This document shows, one piece after another, positions 47,148 to 56,717 of a stretch of 64,000 nt of DNA. Source of the stretch: a bacterium (GTDB taxonomy: Bacteria > Acidobacteriota > Aminicenantia > Aminicenantales > Aminicenantaceae); assembly GCA_018335295.1 (NCBI GenBank), contig JAGXKI010000008.1, positions 635-64,634 on the forward strand, read 5' to 3'. The notes below the pieces were generated by a model. That model saw nothing but the letters and a program-made list of their open reading frames with translations. It ran no database searches and was not told where the DNA came from. Within the stretch, counting starts at the first letter, position 1. Every line of letters begins with the position of its first letter. Made by a program: the position numbers and the translations under genes.

Positions 47148-49042
47148 TTCTCTTTCCAGATTTCAAACACCAAAAGGGACCAGAGTTGATGGCTGAAATT
47201 TTCTCTTCCTTGAAGATGGGCATCGATCATTCTCTTAATCTGCGGGAAATGAAAGAGTCCTTCTTTTTGGATCCTTTTCTCATTGAGATAATCCAGCATA
47301 AGGTCTTTGAGTTCCGTTCTGAGCCAGTGTTTTATGGGGATGCTGAATCCTTCTTTGGCCCGGTATATATTTTCTCGGGGAAGCCAAGGGTCCATGGTCT
47401 TTTTGAACAGCCATTTGGTGGTGAGATGATGGATTTTCAGTTTTCCGGGAAGATGAAACATGAATTCCACAATTTTATGATCCAGGAGAGGCACCCGTGT
47501 TTCCAGAGAGGCGGCCATACTCATCCGGTCTACTTTGACCAGGATGTTATCCACCAGGTAGGATTTAAGGTCCAGAAAGAGTTCTCCGGTCACTGGATCA
47601 GATTGAGTGAGCTGAGGGAAGATTTGACTGAACGGAGGGAGTTCTAAAATTTCTCTGTTTCCTCCTAAAGAATGGATGAAATGAGGAGAGTATAGTTTCC
47701 CTTTTTCTTTAAGGGAGAGAAACATCATCCAGCGAAGATGCCTCAATTGGGGATTGTGTTCGAAGCCTTGAAAGTACCGGCGGAGTTTATTCCAAACTCC
47801 CTTTTTTTCAGGAGCCGGAGGAAATTTTTTGATGAGGGAGGGCATGAAGAAGGAAAAAAGAGAGGGAGGAACCAGACGGGAAAGCTTTTGGGCCTGGTAA
47901 TGTTCGTAGCCTCCAAAGATTTCATCCCCTCCATCTCCGGAAAGAATTACCTTCACATGATCCCGAGCCATTCGGGAGACCAGGTAAGTAGGAAAAATGG
48001 AAAAATCTCCCAGGGGTTCGTCCAGATGCCGGACTAGTTTTTCTGTAAGGTCCAGAGCCTGAGGTTGGACGATGAACTCGTGATGCTCGGTGTCAAATTT
48101 TTTGACAATTCTCCGGGCGTGTTTCAATTCGTTATAAGAAGCTTCCTTGAATCCTATGGAAAAAGTTTTGAGAGGAGAGGCTCCCAATTTTCTCATCAAT
48201 CCCACAATAGCCGAGGAATCAATCCCTCCACTTAGAAAACTTCCTAAAGGGACATCACTGAGGAGTCTTAATTTTACTGATTCCTGGAGAAGGGAAAACA
48301 GTATTTCCTTGAGTTCCGGCAATGTTTTTCCAGCGAGATTCGGGGACTCCTCAGAAGGAGCTTTCACGTCCCAGTATTTTTGTATGCGGACATGACCCTT
48401 CTTATAAATAAGCATGCAGCCGGGGGGAAGTTTAAAGATATTCTGGAAAATAGAGAAAGGAGAGGGAATGTATTCCAGGGTCAAGAACAGGTTGAGAGCT
48501 TGAGGTTCAACGGCCCGGTGGATCCCTGGATGGGCCAGGAGGGCCTTCAATTCAGAACCGAACACCAGGGTTTTGTCTTGGAGAATAGAATAATATAAAG
48601 GTTTGATTCCCATCCGGTCTCTGACCAAAATAAGTTTATCTTTATTTCCGTCCCAGAGAGCAAAAGAAAACATCCCTCTGAGCTTATGCACAAACTCTTC
48701 CCCCCATTCTTCATAGGAATGCACGAGGGTTTCTGTGTCCGTCCTTGTGGAAAAATGGTGACCTCGCTGGATAAGTTTGTCACTGAGAGAAGGAAAATTG
48801 TAGATTTCGCCATTATGTGTTACCCAAATGGATTGGTTTTCGTTGGATAAGGGTTGGTGTCCCTTCTCCACATCAATAATGCTCAAGCGCCGGGTTCCCA
48901 GTCCCACATTTTTTTGAGTGAAAAGTCCCTGGTCATCCGGACCCCTGTGGTAGAGAGTTTGGCACATGGAAGAGAGGAGCGAAGGAGAAACTGTTTGATA
49001 AGCCTCTTTTTTCAGGATTCCACATATTCCACACATTGTCAC
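47132..49042 (-). CDS. asnB: Asparagine synthetase (glutamine-hydrolysing) AsnB
   Basis: MCGICGI N-terminal nucleophile, SGGIDSS PP-loop, 636 aa. Confidence 0.9.
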   Translation of the reverse strand: MTMCGICGILKKEAYQTVSPSLLSSMCQTLYHRGPDDQGLFTQKNVGLGTRRLSIIDVEKGHQPLSNENQSIWVTHNGEIYNFPSLSDKLIQRGHHFSTRTDTETLVHSYEEWGEEFVHKLRGMFSFALWDGNKDKLILVRDRMGIKPLYYSILQDKTLVFGSELKALLAHPGIHRAVEPQALNLFLTLEYIPSPFSIFQNIFKLPPGCMLIYKKGHVRIQKYWDVKAPSEESPNLAGKTLPELKEILFSLLQESVKLRLLSDVPLGSFLSGGIDSSAIVGLMRKLGASPLKTFSIGFKEASYNELKHARRIVKKFDTEHHEFIVQPQALDLTEKLVRHLDEPLGDFSIFPTYLVSRMARDHVKVILSGDGGDEIFGGYEHYQAQKLSRLVPPSLFSFFMPSLIKKFPPAPEKKGVWNKLRRYFQGFEHNPQLRHLRWMMFLSLKEKGKLYSPHFIHSLGGNREILELPPFSQIFPQLTQSDPVTGELFLDLKSYLVDNILVKVDRMSMAASLETRVPLLDHKIVEFMFHLPGKLKIHHLTTKWLFKKTMDPWLPRENIYRAKEGFSIPIKHWLRTELKDLMLDYLNEKRIQKEGLFHFPQIKRMIDAHLQGRENFSHQLWSLLVFEIWKENYLER

Positions 49043-49503
49043 TACGGAATGATTTCCAGGTTGAAAAAGACACCTAAATATCTTTTATCCCTGGATTCTT
49101 CCTCTTCAAAAGCAGGAACAGCTCCTTTTTCTGCTTGGATTTTGATTTTATAAAGGTGAAATTTTTTCATTTGGAATCCCTTCCTCGGGAAAAAAGAAAG
49201 ATCAATCCTAAAAAACAGGCCACAGTTTTGGTTTGAGAATTCATCAGATTAACCAATATCATACCGCAGGTTAAAATTCAATGAGTCTCCCTGATTAACC
49301 CTTTTCGATGGGAAAAAAATCCACATAGGGAGGAGGGGAAAACTCTGTAAAATCATCTTTAGGGGCTATTGACTCAAATACAGATATTATTTATGTAATG
49401 GAAGTAAGTGAAAAAAGTCTAAGTAATGATTGCAAAAAGGGAAAAAAGGGTGTAAAATTGAGCCAATTTTGGGCATGAAAGGCAAAGGGAAAATCAAATC
49501 AAT

Positions 49504-50064
49504 ATGTATTCTTTAAAAAAGATTGCTGACAGAGAAAAGATTTTCGCAGGGTCTCCAAAGGGTTTTACTTTTATCGAGATTGTGGTGGTGGTGGCTATTA
49601 TAGGGATGATGGCCCTGGTCCTTTATCCCAGTATCAATAATTCTTTGGAAACCAGAAACCTGGAGAATACAGCTAGAGAAATCCTTTCCACCATGCAGAG
49701 AGCCAAGTTCCAGGCTGTGAAGACCAAGTTTAACCATAGAGTGAGGTTTTATCAGGACAACGATCACTGGGTTTATACAGTAGAGAGGGAAGAAACTCCC
49801 GATACCTGGACCCGGATGCCCGGGTTTATTCAAAAATCCATTCCATCTAAATTTAATGTGACATTGAATTTCCCTGATTCCTCCGGCTCCAGCGGGAAAA
49901 GCATCCAGTTTTCTTCGCTGGGTTTTATCGAAAATTATGATAAAGATAAAAACACACTGACGATTCAGAGCGACAAGCTTTCGGGATACAATCAAATGGA
50001 CCAAAGAGAAGTCCGGGTGTATGGAGGAGGCTCGGTGGATTATGTGAAGTCTGAGAGTGGATAA
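49504..50064 (+). CDS. Minor pilin/pseudopilin of FimT/GspH type (prepilin N-terminal methylation motif KG/FTFIE, 21-aa leader)
   Basis: GFTFIEIVVVVAIIG class III signal; GspH-like body. Confidence 0.7.
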   Translation: MYSLKKIADREKIFAGSPKGFTFIEIVVVVAIIGMMALVLYPSINNSLETRNLENTAREILSTMQRAKFQAVKTKFNHRVRFYQDNDHWVYTVEREETPDTWTRMPGFIQKSIPSKFNVTLNFPDSSGSSGKSIQFSSLGFIENYDKDKNTLTIQSDKLSGYNQMDQREVRVYGGGSVDYVKSESG

Positions 50065-50512
50065 AATGAGAAAGGATATGAAAACTTTTCACCTCACAAA
50101 AAAGAAAAGAGAAGGATTTACCTTGATTGAAGTGCTGGTGGGGATATTTTTAGTGGGAGCGGCTTTGATCGGTTTGGCTCAGATGTTTACTTACGGAGTT
50201 TTGAATAATTATCGGGCCGACAATCTCACCAACGCCACCTTTCTAGCTCAACAGCAGATCGACAATATTCGAAACCTCACCGGAGATGAAATCAGTGCCC
50301 TTTCTTCACCACTGGATGAGACACTGGATACCAACAAGGACGGGACCCCCGATTTCCGACGGATCACTCAGATCGAGTTTACTTCGAATGTTTGGAATAT
50401 CCGTGTAATGGTCTTTCCGGCTTCCCAATTGGGAGAGGATCTCAACTCTCTTACCAGCAACCCTATCCAGAATGAGGTCCGGGCCGATGTGAGCACCACC
50501 ATCGGGAGGTAA
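50057..50512 (+). CDS. Minor pilin PilV-like (prepilin motif G/FTLIEVLV)
   Basis: Class III signal peptide; small size. Confidence 0.7.
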   Translation: MDKMRKDMKTFHLTKKKREGFTLIEVLVGIFLVGAALIGLAQMFTYGVLNNYRADNLTNATFLAQQQIDNIRNLTGDEISALSSPLDETLDTNKDGTPDFRRITQIEFTSNVWNIRVMVFPASQLGEDLNSLTSNPIQNEVRADVSTTIGR

Positions 50513-50516
50513 ATAG

Positions 50517-51593
50517 ATGACACCTAGAAAGGGATTCACTCTTATTGAGCTTATCATCGGAAGCGCTCTTATGCTGGTCATCATTCTGGCAACTCTTTAT
50601 ATCTATTCGGAAAGCAACCAGGTTTCTGTGGACCAGCAGCAGTTGGCTGAGCTCCAGCAGGATGTCCGCTCCAGTATGTATTTTATCTCCCGGGATGTCC
50701 GGAATGCCGGAGTGGGGCTTCCCGGCGAGTTTTCAGGATATTTCCTGGAAGGTGAGGACAATGAAGACCAAGGAGGAGAAGTCACTCCGGACCGGTTGAA
50801 GGTTATAGGAAATATGGAGGACCCTTTGAACCTGAATATCGCCAACTACCAGGGCGCCGCAGCCAACCTTTCTCTGGATGATTACAGTTTAGAAAAATTT
50901 CCCTATCCTGACAGCTACTATGAGGATAAAGTGGTCCTCATCCTTCCCAATCCTGAATCGGCCTGCCGCAGCGGAGAGTTGAGACAGATCACCCACGTGA
51001 CCCATTCTCAAACAGGAACCAACGAGAAATTGAATTTTTCTCATGGGCTGGCCAAGGAATTCAATCCTCCTCAGGGTTTGAAGGGAAGTTGTCCCAGCTC
51101 CAACGATTATGATGGAGGACTGGTGGCATTCATCAACGTCAAAGAATACTGGCTGGATGTCACCGGGAGTTACTCCGGGTTGACTAAGGGTGAAAACGGG
51201 TACATCGGTGAGCCCGGGGTGCTTTATATGACTCATAACGGAGTTCACTATCCTCTAGCCAAGGATATCGAAAACCTTCAATTTCAATACAATGGGGATT
51301 TCGACAATGACGGAAGTCTGGATGGATTTGTGAACTGGCAGGAGACTTGGACGGGAGATTCGGTGATGGTGAGCCGGATCAAACAGGTCCGGATGTGGAT
51401 TCTGGGAAGAACCCCGGAGCGGTTTGTGAGCGTTTCGGGAAAACCTCCCGATGACCTTCATCTTTATAAAAGGCCGGCTGTGGCCAACACTCCGGAGGCT
51501 TCTCAGGATGATATGCACCGGCGGTTTCTTTTGGACTCCACAGTCACCATCCGGAATCTGTCTTTGAGCCTTTACAATCTGGGAACCCGATAA
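50517..51593 (+). CDS. Minor pilin PilW-like (MTPRKG/FTLIELIIG, 6-aa leader)
   Basis: Class III signal peptide, 358 aa. Confidence 0.7.
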   Translation: MTPRKGFTLIELIIGSALMLVIILATLYIYSESNQVSVDQQQLAELQQDVRSSMYFISRDVRNAGVGLPGEFSGYFLEGEDNEDQGGEVTPDRLKVIGNMEDPLNLNIANYQGAAANLSLDDYSLEKFPYPDSYYEDKVVLILPNPESACRSGELRQITHVTHSQTGTNEKLNFSHGLAKEFNPPQGLKGSCPSSNDYDGGLVAFINVKEYWLDVTGSYSGLTKGENGYIGEPGVLYMTHNGVHYPLAKDIENLQFQYNGDFDNDGSLDGFVNWQETWTGDSVMVSRIKQVRMWILGRTPERFVSVSGKPPDDLHLYKRPAVANTPEASQDDMHRRFLLDSTVTIRNLSLSLYNLGTR

Positions 51594-51594
51594 G

Positions 51595-52206
51595 ATGAAA
51601 GAATACAGTCAAAAGAGAAAACAAAGAAAAGGAGTAGCTCTGATCATTGTTATCGTAGTACTGGCTTTTCTCCTTTCGGTGGGTCTTATGCTCATCACCG
51701 TGACCAGTACAGGAAAGAAAATTTCCGGGAATGTCAGGGCTCAGGGGGAGGCCTTCAACGCGGCTGAGGCGGGGTTTGATACCGGATGGATTGCCGTCGA
51801 AGAATCTTTTGCCAACAATGAGTGGACCAGCTTTGAGGGGCATTATCTTACCCAGCCTACCGGGATTGACCTCCCGTATCATGAAAATTATTTTCGTAAA
51901 AAAACGGATATTCAGATTTTAAACATGCTGGATCCCGATGGAGACGGAACTCCCGATTATCAGAATGTAATTTTCTACAAACAACCTTACATCCAGGATG
52001 AAAACGGCAATCTGGACCCCCGCTACACATACACTGCCTTTTTGATCGATGATGAGGCCGGAGTTTTGGAGAGCGGGGGTTCTTCGGACCCCAGCGATGC
52101 CTTAATGGTGTGCATCGGAACTGCTGGGACCGGAGATGATATGAATACCGGTCGGTTAGAGATTGGATTAGCTGTGGAACTTCAGGGAGTCAGCCAGTCG
52201 GATTGA
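51595..52206 (+). CDS. PilX-like minor pilin / pilus assembly protein
   Basis: N-terminal hydrophobic GVALIIVIVVLAFLL; position between pilW and pilY1. Confidence 0.55.
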   Translation: MKEYSQKRKQRKGVALIIVIVVLAFLLSVGLMLITVTSTGKKISGNVRAQGEAFNAAEAGFDTGWIAVEESFANNEWTSFEGHYLTQPTGIDLPYHENYFRKKTDIQILNMLDPDGDGTPDYQNVIFYKQPYIQDENGNLDPRYTYTAFLIDDEAGVLESGGSSDPSDALMVCIGTAGTGDDMNTGRLEIGLAVELQGVSQSD

Positions 52207-52254
52207 GAATAAAATAGGGGGGATCCCTAAAAAGAAAAATAAAAGAGGAAAAAA

Positions 52255-55200
52255 ATGAAAGAAAAAAAATACATTTTTGGAGTTTTTCTTTTGGTTGTGG
52301 CTATAGCCTTTTTAACTGTGAAATTCTGGGCAGACCCTGATGATTGCGTGGAATACACCAATACATTTGTGGAAAGTTTTGACACCACAGACTATAAAGA
52401 TGAAGTTCACAGTGCGGTAGCCAATTGGGGAAGAGGGTACATTACTCTCAATCAGAAAGGAGCGAATTTTTCGGTCACCGAGCCTTCGGGTATGGGAGCC
52501 AAAATCTATGTGTGCGACGCGGGGGATTTCACAGGAGATGGGTACCCGGATTTGGTGGGATTGGACATAACCCATAATCCCACTTCCCGGCTGGTTTTGG
52601 TTCGGAACCATTTTGAGGATGCCAATAACGATGGGGTCGACGATGATGGAGTGATTTTTCAGGTGGATAAAAGTGAAAAATATGATCAATTCAAAAACCA
52701 CATCGGCCCAGCCTCCATCACGGTGGCGGATTACAACAACGATGGCCTTCTGGACTTTTTCTTTTATAAAGACCAGGACGACGATTGGAGTTATGATAAC
52801 TTTGTGGCCGCCATGTACATTAATCAAGGAACAGCCGATGACCCCGATTTTCAACCTTATAATCTTTATCCCAACCTGGATTTTACCAGGGCTTTTATGA
52901 GTGCGGGTATTTACGCCAACTGGGCGGGAGACCATTTTTGTTCGGTTGATATCGATGAAGATGGGGATATGGACATTCTGGCCATAAGTCAGGACAAAAT
53001 CTTTTTGATCAAAAGCAGTCTGGGATCGGCACCGCTTGATCCCGGGAATTTTGATGTGGATGATTTCACAATAACAGAACTCAATTATAATGAACCCACT
53101 GGTTTCACTTCCGGGCGGGGAGGCTCTTCGGTGGATGCGGCTGATTTCGATGGTGACGGAGACATCGACGTCATAGGGGGAACTGTGGAAGACTATGCCT
53201 ACCTGGTGTACTATGAAAATGACGGGAATGGAGTGTTCACCCGCCACGAAATCCCTATTCCCAACGACAACTGTACCGGGACGGTAGCCACCTGTGTGAC
53301 CGATTTCAACCATGACGGGCGCCTGGATATCTTTGGTGCCACTGACAGGTGGAATGCCGGTAATGAAGCCCGGATGTGGTTTATGAAAAACACGGGAAAT
53401 GTGGAGGGAGGAACTCCTCAATTTGATTTTCGCTGTCTGAATAACTGCCAGCCCATCCTTCCCGATCCCCATGATGTGGACATGAGCGCTATGTTGGACT
53501 ACGACCAGGATGGCGATATGGATGTGGTCTTGGCTGATGCCAACCATTCCGGCGACTACTATCTGGTTGTCAATGAGTTGGCTCCGGTTTATGTTCTTTA
53601 TGGGGAAGCCTGGTCAGATAACATTTCAGAGGAGCTGGACCCCAAGCGTGATGCCATCACCAAGGTCCAGATCACCAACCTTGAGCAGGGGATCGAAGGG
53701 TTCTCTGCAGAGGGGCTTTCGGTCGAGTATTATGTCTCTTCCAACGGAAAGGACTGGGAATTCTACAAAAGGTATGAGGGAAATGAAATCCATAATGACA
53801 GCAACCTCCCTGTCCATGAATTTTCACACTATGGGTCCTCACTCAAATGGAAGGCCATTTTGGAAGCAGAAGAGGATGAAATGCCCGAGTATGATGATGC
53901 CTCATTCGAGAGCCCTCGGATCGGTGAGATTGAGTTCGAGTATACTTATGTGGAAAAAAAAGAGTATTCCCGCACTTCGGTGGTGACCAAAGTGGAAACG
54001 GAAGGAGGCGAAAAGGAAAAATTGATGATTGCGGGAACCTTTTATTTTCCCAGCTGGGAAGGTCATCTCAGAGCCTATGACATCTCATCTATGTCCCCTC
54101 AAACCACCCCCTATTCAGAACTAAGGACCATCACCCGTCCGGACTTAGATGAACCCTCAGGGAGAGAAATTGTTCCCGAAGGAGTGACCATCAAGTGGGA
54201 TGCCGGAGAACTCCTGGATTCCCGGGATGCCCCCAACCGGACCATTTACACGGCTGTTCCCGATGACTCCGGCCTGCAAGGAATCGAATTTACCACAGGA
54301 AATGTGGATACCTTAAAGGATAACGGTCTGGATGACGACAATAACGATGAGGAAGGACTCATCCAATTTGTAAGGGGAGAAGATCGAGACTGGAAACTGG
54401 GGGACATCAACCATTCCAACCCTGCGGTGGTGGGTCCTCCGGACAGCACCCCATCCTTAATGGGACCTGGGTATGAGGATTTTGTCACCACCTGGGAGGA
54501 CCGGCAGAAGGTGATGTATGTGGGAGCCAATGACGGAATGCTCCACTGTTTTGATGTGGTGACCGGTGAGGAGCTGTGGGGGTATATCCCTCACAACCTG
54601 ATTCCCAAATTGAACAACATGAGGGGGATCGATACCGCTAACGATACCCAGTACTTTGTTCGGGATGTGTATGTGGACGGAAGCCCGGTGACTGCGGATG
54701 TGTTTATCGACTCCGATGGAGACGGGAGCAAGGAATGGACCACCATTCTGGTTTGCGGCCAGGGACCCGGAAAGGGAAGTGCCACCGGAGGAGGAGCCAA
54801 CTATTACTTCGCTCTGGATGTAACGGACCCTCAAGACCCCAAACCCCTCTGGGAATTTACCCACGAAAAAATGGGAGAAACCTGGTCGGTTCCTGTTGTG
54901 GGGAAAATCATTAAAGATGGGGATGATACTTGGGTAGCCTTTATGGGCTCGGGTTATGATAATGTGACTGGAAGCGAAGTTGAAGGGAACCGCTTCCATG
55001 CGGTGGATTTAAACAGCGGAAGTGAATTATGGGGTTTCAACGCTCCTGAAGTGGATACTTCCGGGGATTGGGGAAACAATATTCCCGTGGCTATACCTGG
55101 CTCGCCTTCGGCTGTGGATATCGATAATGACGGATACACCGACCGAATCTATGTGGGAGATTTGGAAGGAAGATTGTGGAAAGTGGATGTGAGCTCCGAG

Positions 55201-55857
55201 TTTACAGGAAGTGATTCCTGGGAGGAAGAGGTTATCTACGAGGATTCCCATAACTATCCCATCATCACCAAACCCGCTGTTTGGATCAACCCCAGCAACG
55301 AAAACAATGTGCCCCGCCTTTATTTCGGAACGGGCGGGGACGATGAGGCTCCCGATACCGCCACCTATTCTTTTATCGCCTTAAAGGATAAAGAGATTCC
55401 GGAAGTGGAATGGTTTATAGGAAGCCATTCGGAATTGAATCTGCCTAAATCCAAAGATAAAGGAGACCTGGTAAGCGGCGAAAAAGTTTGGGCAGACCCA
55501 AAAATTTCTGACTACATCGTCTATTTCAGTACCTTAACCGGAGATATTGAAAGTGTGAATCCCTGTGAGAGTTTGCAGGGAATGGGGAGACTCTATGCCC
55601 GTTATATTTGGGCGAAAGGTGCTACGGTTCTCGGGGGAACCGCCTTCACCACGGATTCGGGAGACCAGGAAAGTCTCCAGCTTGAGATCAAGACCCGTTC
55701 GGCCGTGACTCTCGGAGAATCCACCCGGGCCGGTGGATCCCGGAAGAGAGAAGTGTACATCCAGGAGTATGATTCCACCGTCCAGAGGCTGGAACAGCGA
55801 GTGGGGGCTCTCTTGAAGATCAAATCCTGGCGTGAGATTTATAAAATCATCAAATAA
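52255..55857 (+). CDS. pilY1: PilY1-like pilus tip adhesin (1200 aa): signal/TM + FG-GAP/VCBS-type Asp-rich repeats + C-terminal PilC/PilY1 beta-propeller
   Basis: YVGANDGMLHCFDVVTGEELWGYIP, DSDGDGSKEWTTILVCG, SAVDIDNDGYTDRIYVGDLEGRLWKVDV (PilY1 propeller); repeated DxDGDG / DFxGDGxxD motifs in the N-terminal half. Confidence 0.8.
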   Translation: MKEKKYIFGVFLLVVAIAFLTVKFWADPDDCVEYTNTFVESFDTTDYKDEVHSAVANWGRGYITLNQKGANFSVTEPSGMGAKIYVCDAGDFTGDGYPDLVGLDITHNPTSRLVLVRNHFEDANNDGVDDDGVIFQVDKSEKYDQFKNHIGPASITVADYNNDGLLDFFFYKDQDDDWSYDNFVAAMYINQGTADDPDFQPYNLYPNLDFTRAFMSAGIYANWAGDHFCSVDIDEDGDMDILAISQDKIFLIKSSLGSAPLDPGNFDVDDFTITELNYNEPTGFTSGRGGSSVDAADFDGDGDIDVIGGTVEDYAYLVYYENDGNGVFTRHEIPIPNDNCTGTVATCVTDFNHDGRLDIFGATDRWNAGNEARMWFMKNTGNVEGGTPQFDFRCLNNCQPILPDPHDVDMSAMLDYDQDGDMDVVLADANHSGDYYLVVNELAPVYVLYGEAWSDNISEELDPKRDAITKVQITNLEQGIEGFSAEGLSVEYYVSSNGKDWEFYKRYEGNEIHNDSNLPVHEFSHYGSSLKWKAILEAEEDEMPEYDDASFESPRIGEIEFEYTYVEKKEYSRTSVVTKVETEGGEKEKLMIAGTFYFPSWEGHLRAYDISSMSPQTTPYSELRTITRPDLDEPSGREIVPEGVTIKWDAGELLDSRDAPNRTIYTAVPDDSGLQGIEFTTGNVDTLKDNGLDDDNNDEEGLIQFVRGEDRDWKLGDINHSNPAVVGPPDSTPSLMGPGYEDFVTTWEDRQKVMYVGANDGMLHCFDVVTGEELWGYIPHNLIPKLNNMRGIDTANDTQYFVRDVYVDGSPVTADVFIDSDGDGSKEWTTILVCGQGPGKGSATGGGANYYFALDVTDPQDPKPLWEFTHEKMGETWSVPVVGKIIKDGDDTWVAFMGSGYDNVTGSEVEGNRFHAVDLNSGSELWGFNAPEVDTSGDWGNNIPVAIPGSPSAVDIDNDGYTDRIYVGDLEGRLWKVDVSSEFTGSDSWEEEVIYEDSHNYPIITKPAVWINPSNENNVPRLYFGTGGDDEAPDTATYSFIALKDKEIPEVEWFIGSHSELNLPKSKDKGDLVSGEKVWADPKISDYIVYFSTLTGDIESVNPCESLQGMGRLYARYIWAKGATVLGGTAFTTDSGDQESLQLEIKTRSAVTLGESTRAGGSRKREVYIQEYDSTVQRLEQRVGALLKIKSWREIYKIIK

Positions 55858-55866
55858 AATTAGGGT

Positions 55867-55908
55867 TGTGTCTTACATTACAACATTTTCCCCTGAAATT
55901 AATTTGTT
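55867..55908. repeat. Intergenic repeat copy C (GTGTCTTACATTACAACATTTTCCCCTGAAATTAATTTGTT), matching 32943-32983
   Basis: About 37/41 identical; sits between convergent pilY1 and pilD. Confidence 0.65.
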
Positions 55909-55946
55909 TGGGGTAACTAGGCTGATAGGAGAAATGAAGTTGATTG

Positions 55947-56717
55947 TTAGGGGGATTTGTAAAGACTCAAGTAAGCGTGGATGATTCGTTCTCCCCATAA
56001 GAGGGCCACAAAGGCCGCCGGAGCGAGAAAAGTCCCGAAGGGAAGAGAGTACTGGAAGTTTTTCCTTTTAAAAAGAATCAACAAAAGGCCCACCAGAGCT
56101 CCTACAAAAGAAGCTAGAATCAAAGTGAAAAAGGCCATTTTCCATCCCAGATAAGCGCCTACCAGGAGCATCATAGTGACATCCCCCATCCCCATCCCTT
56201 CCTTTTTGCGCAATAGATAATAAGACCCATACACCAAAAAGAGAAATCCGGCCCCTACCGCTGCGCCCAGCAGTGATTGGGTGAACCCTAAGTCTTCACG
56301 GACCAGGGAATAGACCAGAGCCAAACCCAATCCAGGAAGAGTGAGCTCATCGGGGAGAACTTGATGGAAATAGTCAATAAACCCTAGAACAATCAATAAA
56401 CTGGCAAAAAGGCAGGAAGTAAAGAAATGAACTTTTCCTCCATAATAGAGGAAAAGGAGGACAAAACACAGAGGGGTGAGGATTTCCACAAGGGGGTAGG
56501 AGAACGGGATTTTGGCTCCGCAGCTCCGGCATTTTCCTTTCAACAGAAGATATGAGAAAATAGGAATGTTGTCATAGGGTTTTATTTTTTGACCACACTG
56601 GGGACAGGAAGAGGCGGGTTTGATGAGGCTTTTCCTTCGAGGAAGACGGTAAATCACCACATTGAGAAAGCTTCCCCAAACCAGACCGAATCCAATGATG
56701 GCGATTATCGTTTCCAT
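55947..56717 (-). CDS. pilD: Prepilin peptidase (A24 family) PilD
   Basis: CPQCGQKI...CRSCGAKI zinc motif, multiple TM helices, catalytic Asp region. Confidence 0.85.
   Translation of the reverse strand: METIIAIIGFGLVWGSFLNVVIYRLPRRKSLIKPASSCPQCGQKIKPYDNIPIFSYLLLKGKCRSCGAKIPFSYPLVEILTPLCFVLLFLYYGGKVHFFTSCLFASLLIVLGFIDYFHQVLPDELTLPGLGLALVYSLVREDLGFTQSLLGAAVGAGFLFLVYGSYYLLRKKEGMGMGDVTMMLLVGAYLGWKMAFFTLILASFVGALVGLLLILFKRKNFQYSLPFGTFLAPAAFVALLWGERIIHAYLSLYKSP

Noticed and set aside
49470-49500. Possible sigma-54 (-24/-12) promoter TGGGCATGAAAGGCAAA upstream of the fimT-like minor pilin
   Set aside because: The spacing and -12 element (GGCA instead of TTGC) do not fit TGGCAC-N5-TTGC. A full position-weight-matrix scan is needed, and I could not find a convincing sigma-54 promoter by eye anywhere in the window.
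52312-53547. 411-aa antisense ORF (and several shorter ones, 53510-55251) inside pilY1
   Set aside because: It is the mirror image of the GAY/GGN-rich Asp/Gly repeat coding of pilY1. It gives a low-complexity His/Ile/Val-rich translation with no motifs, and the sense-strand gene has strong homology-type signatures.
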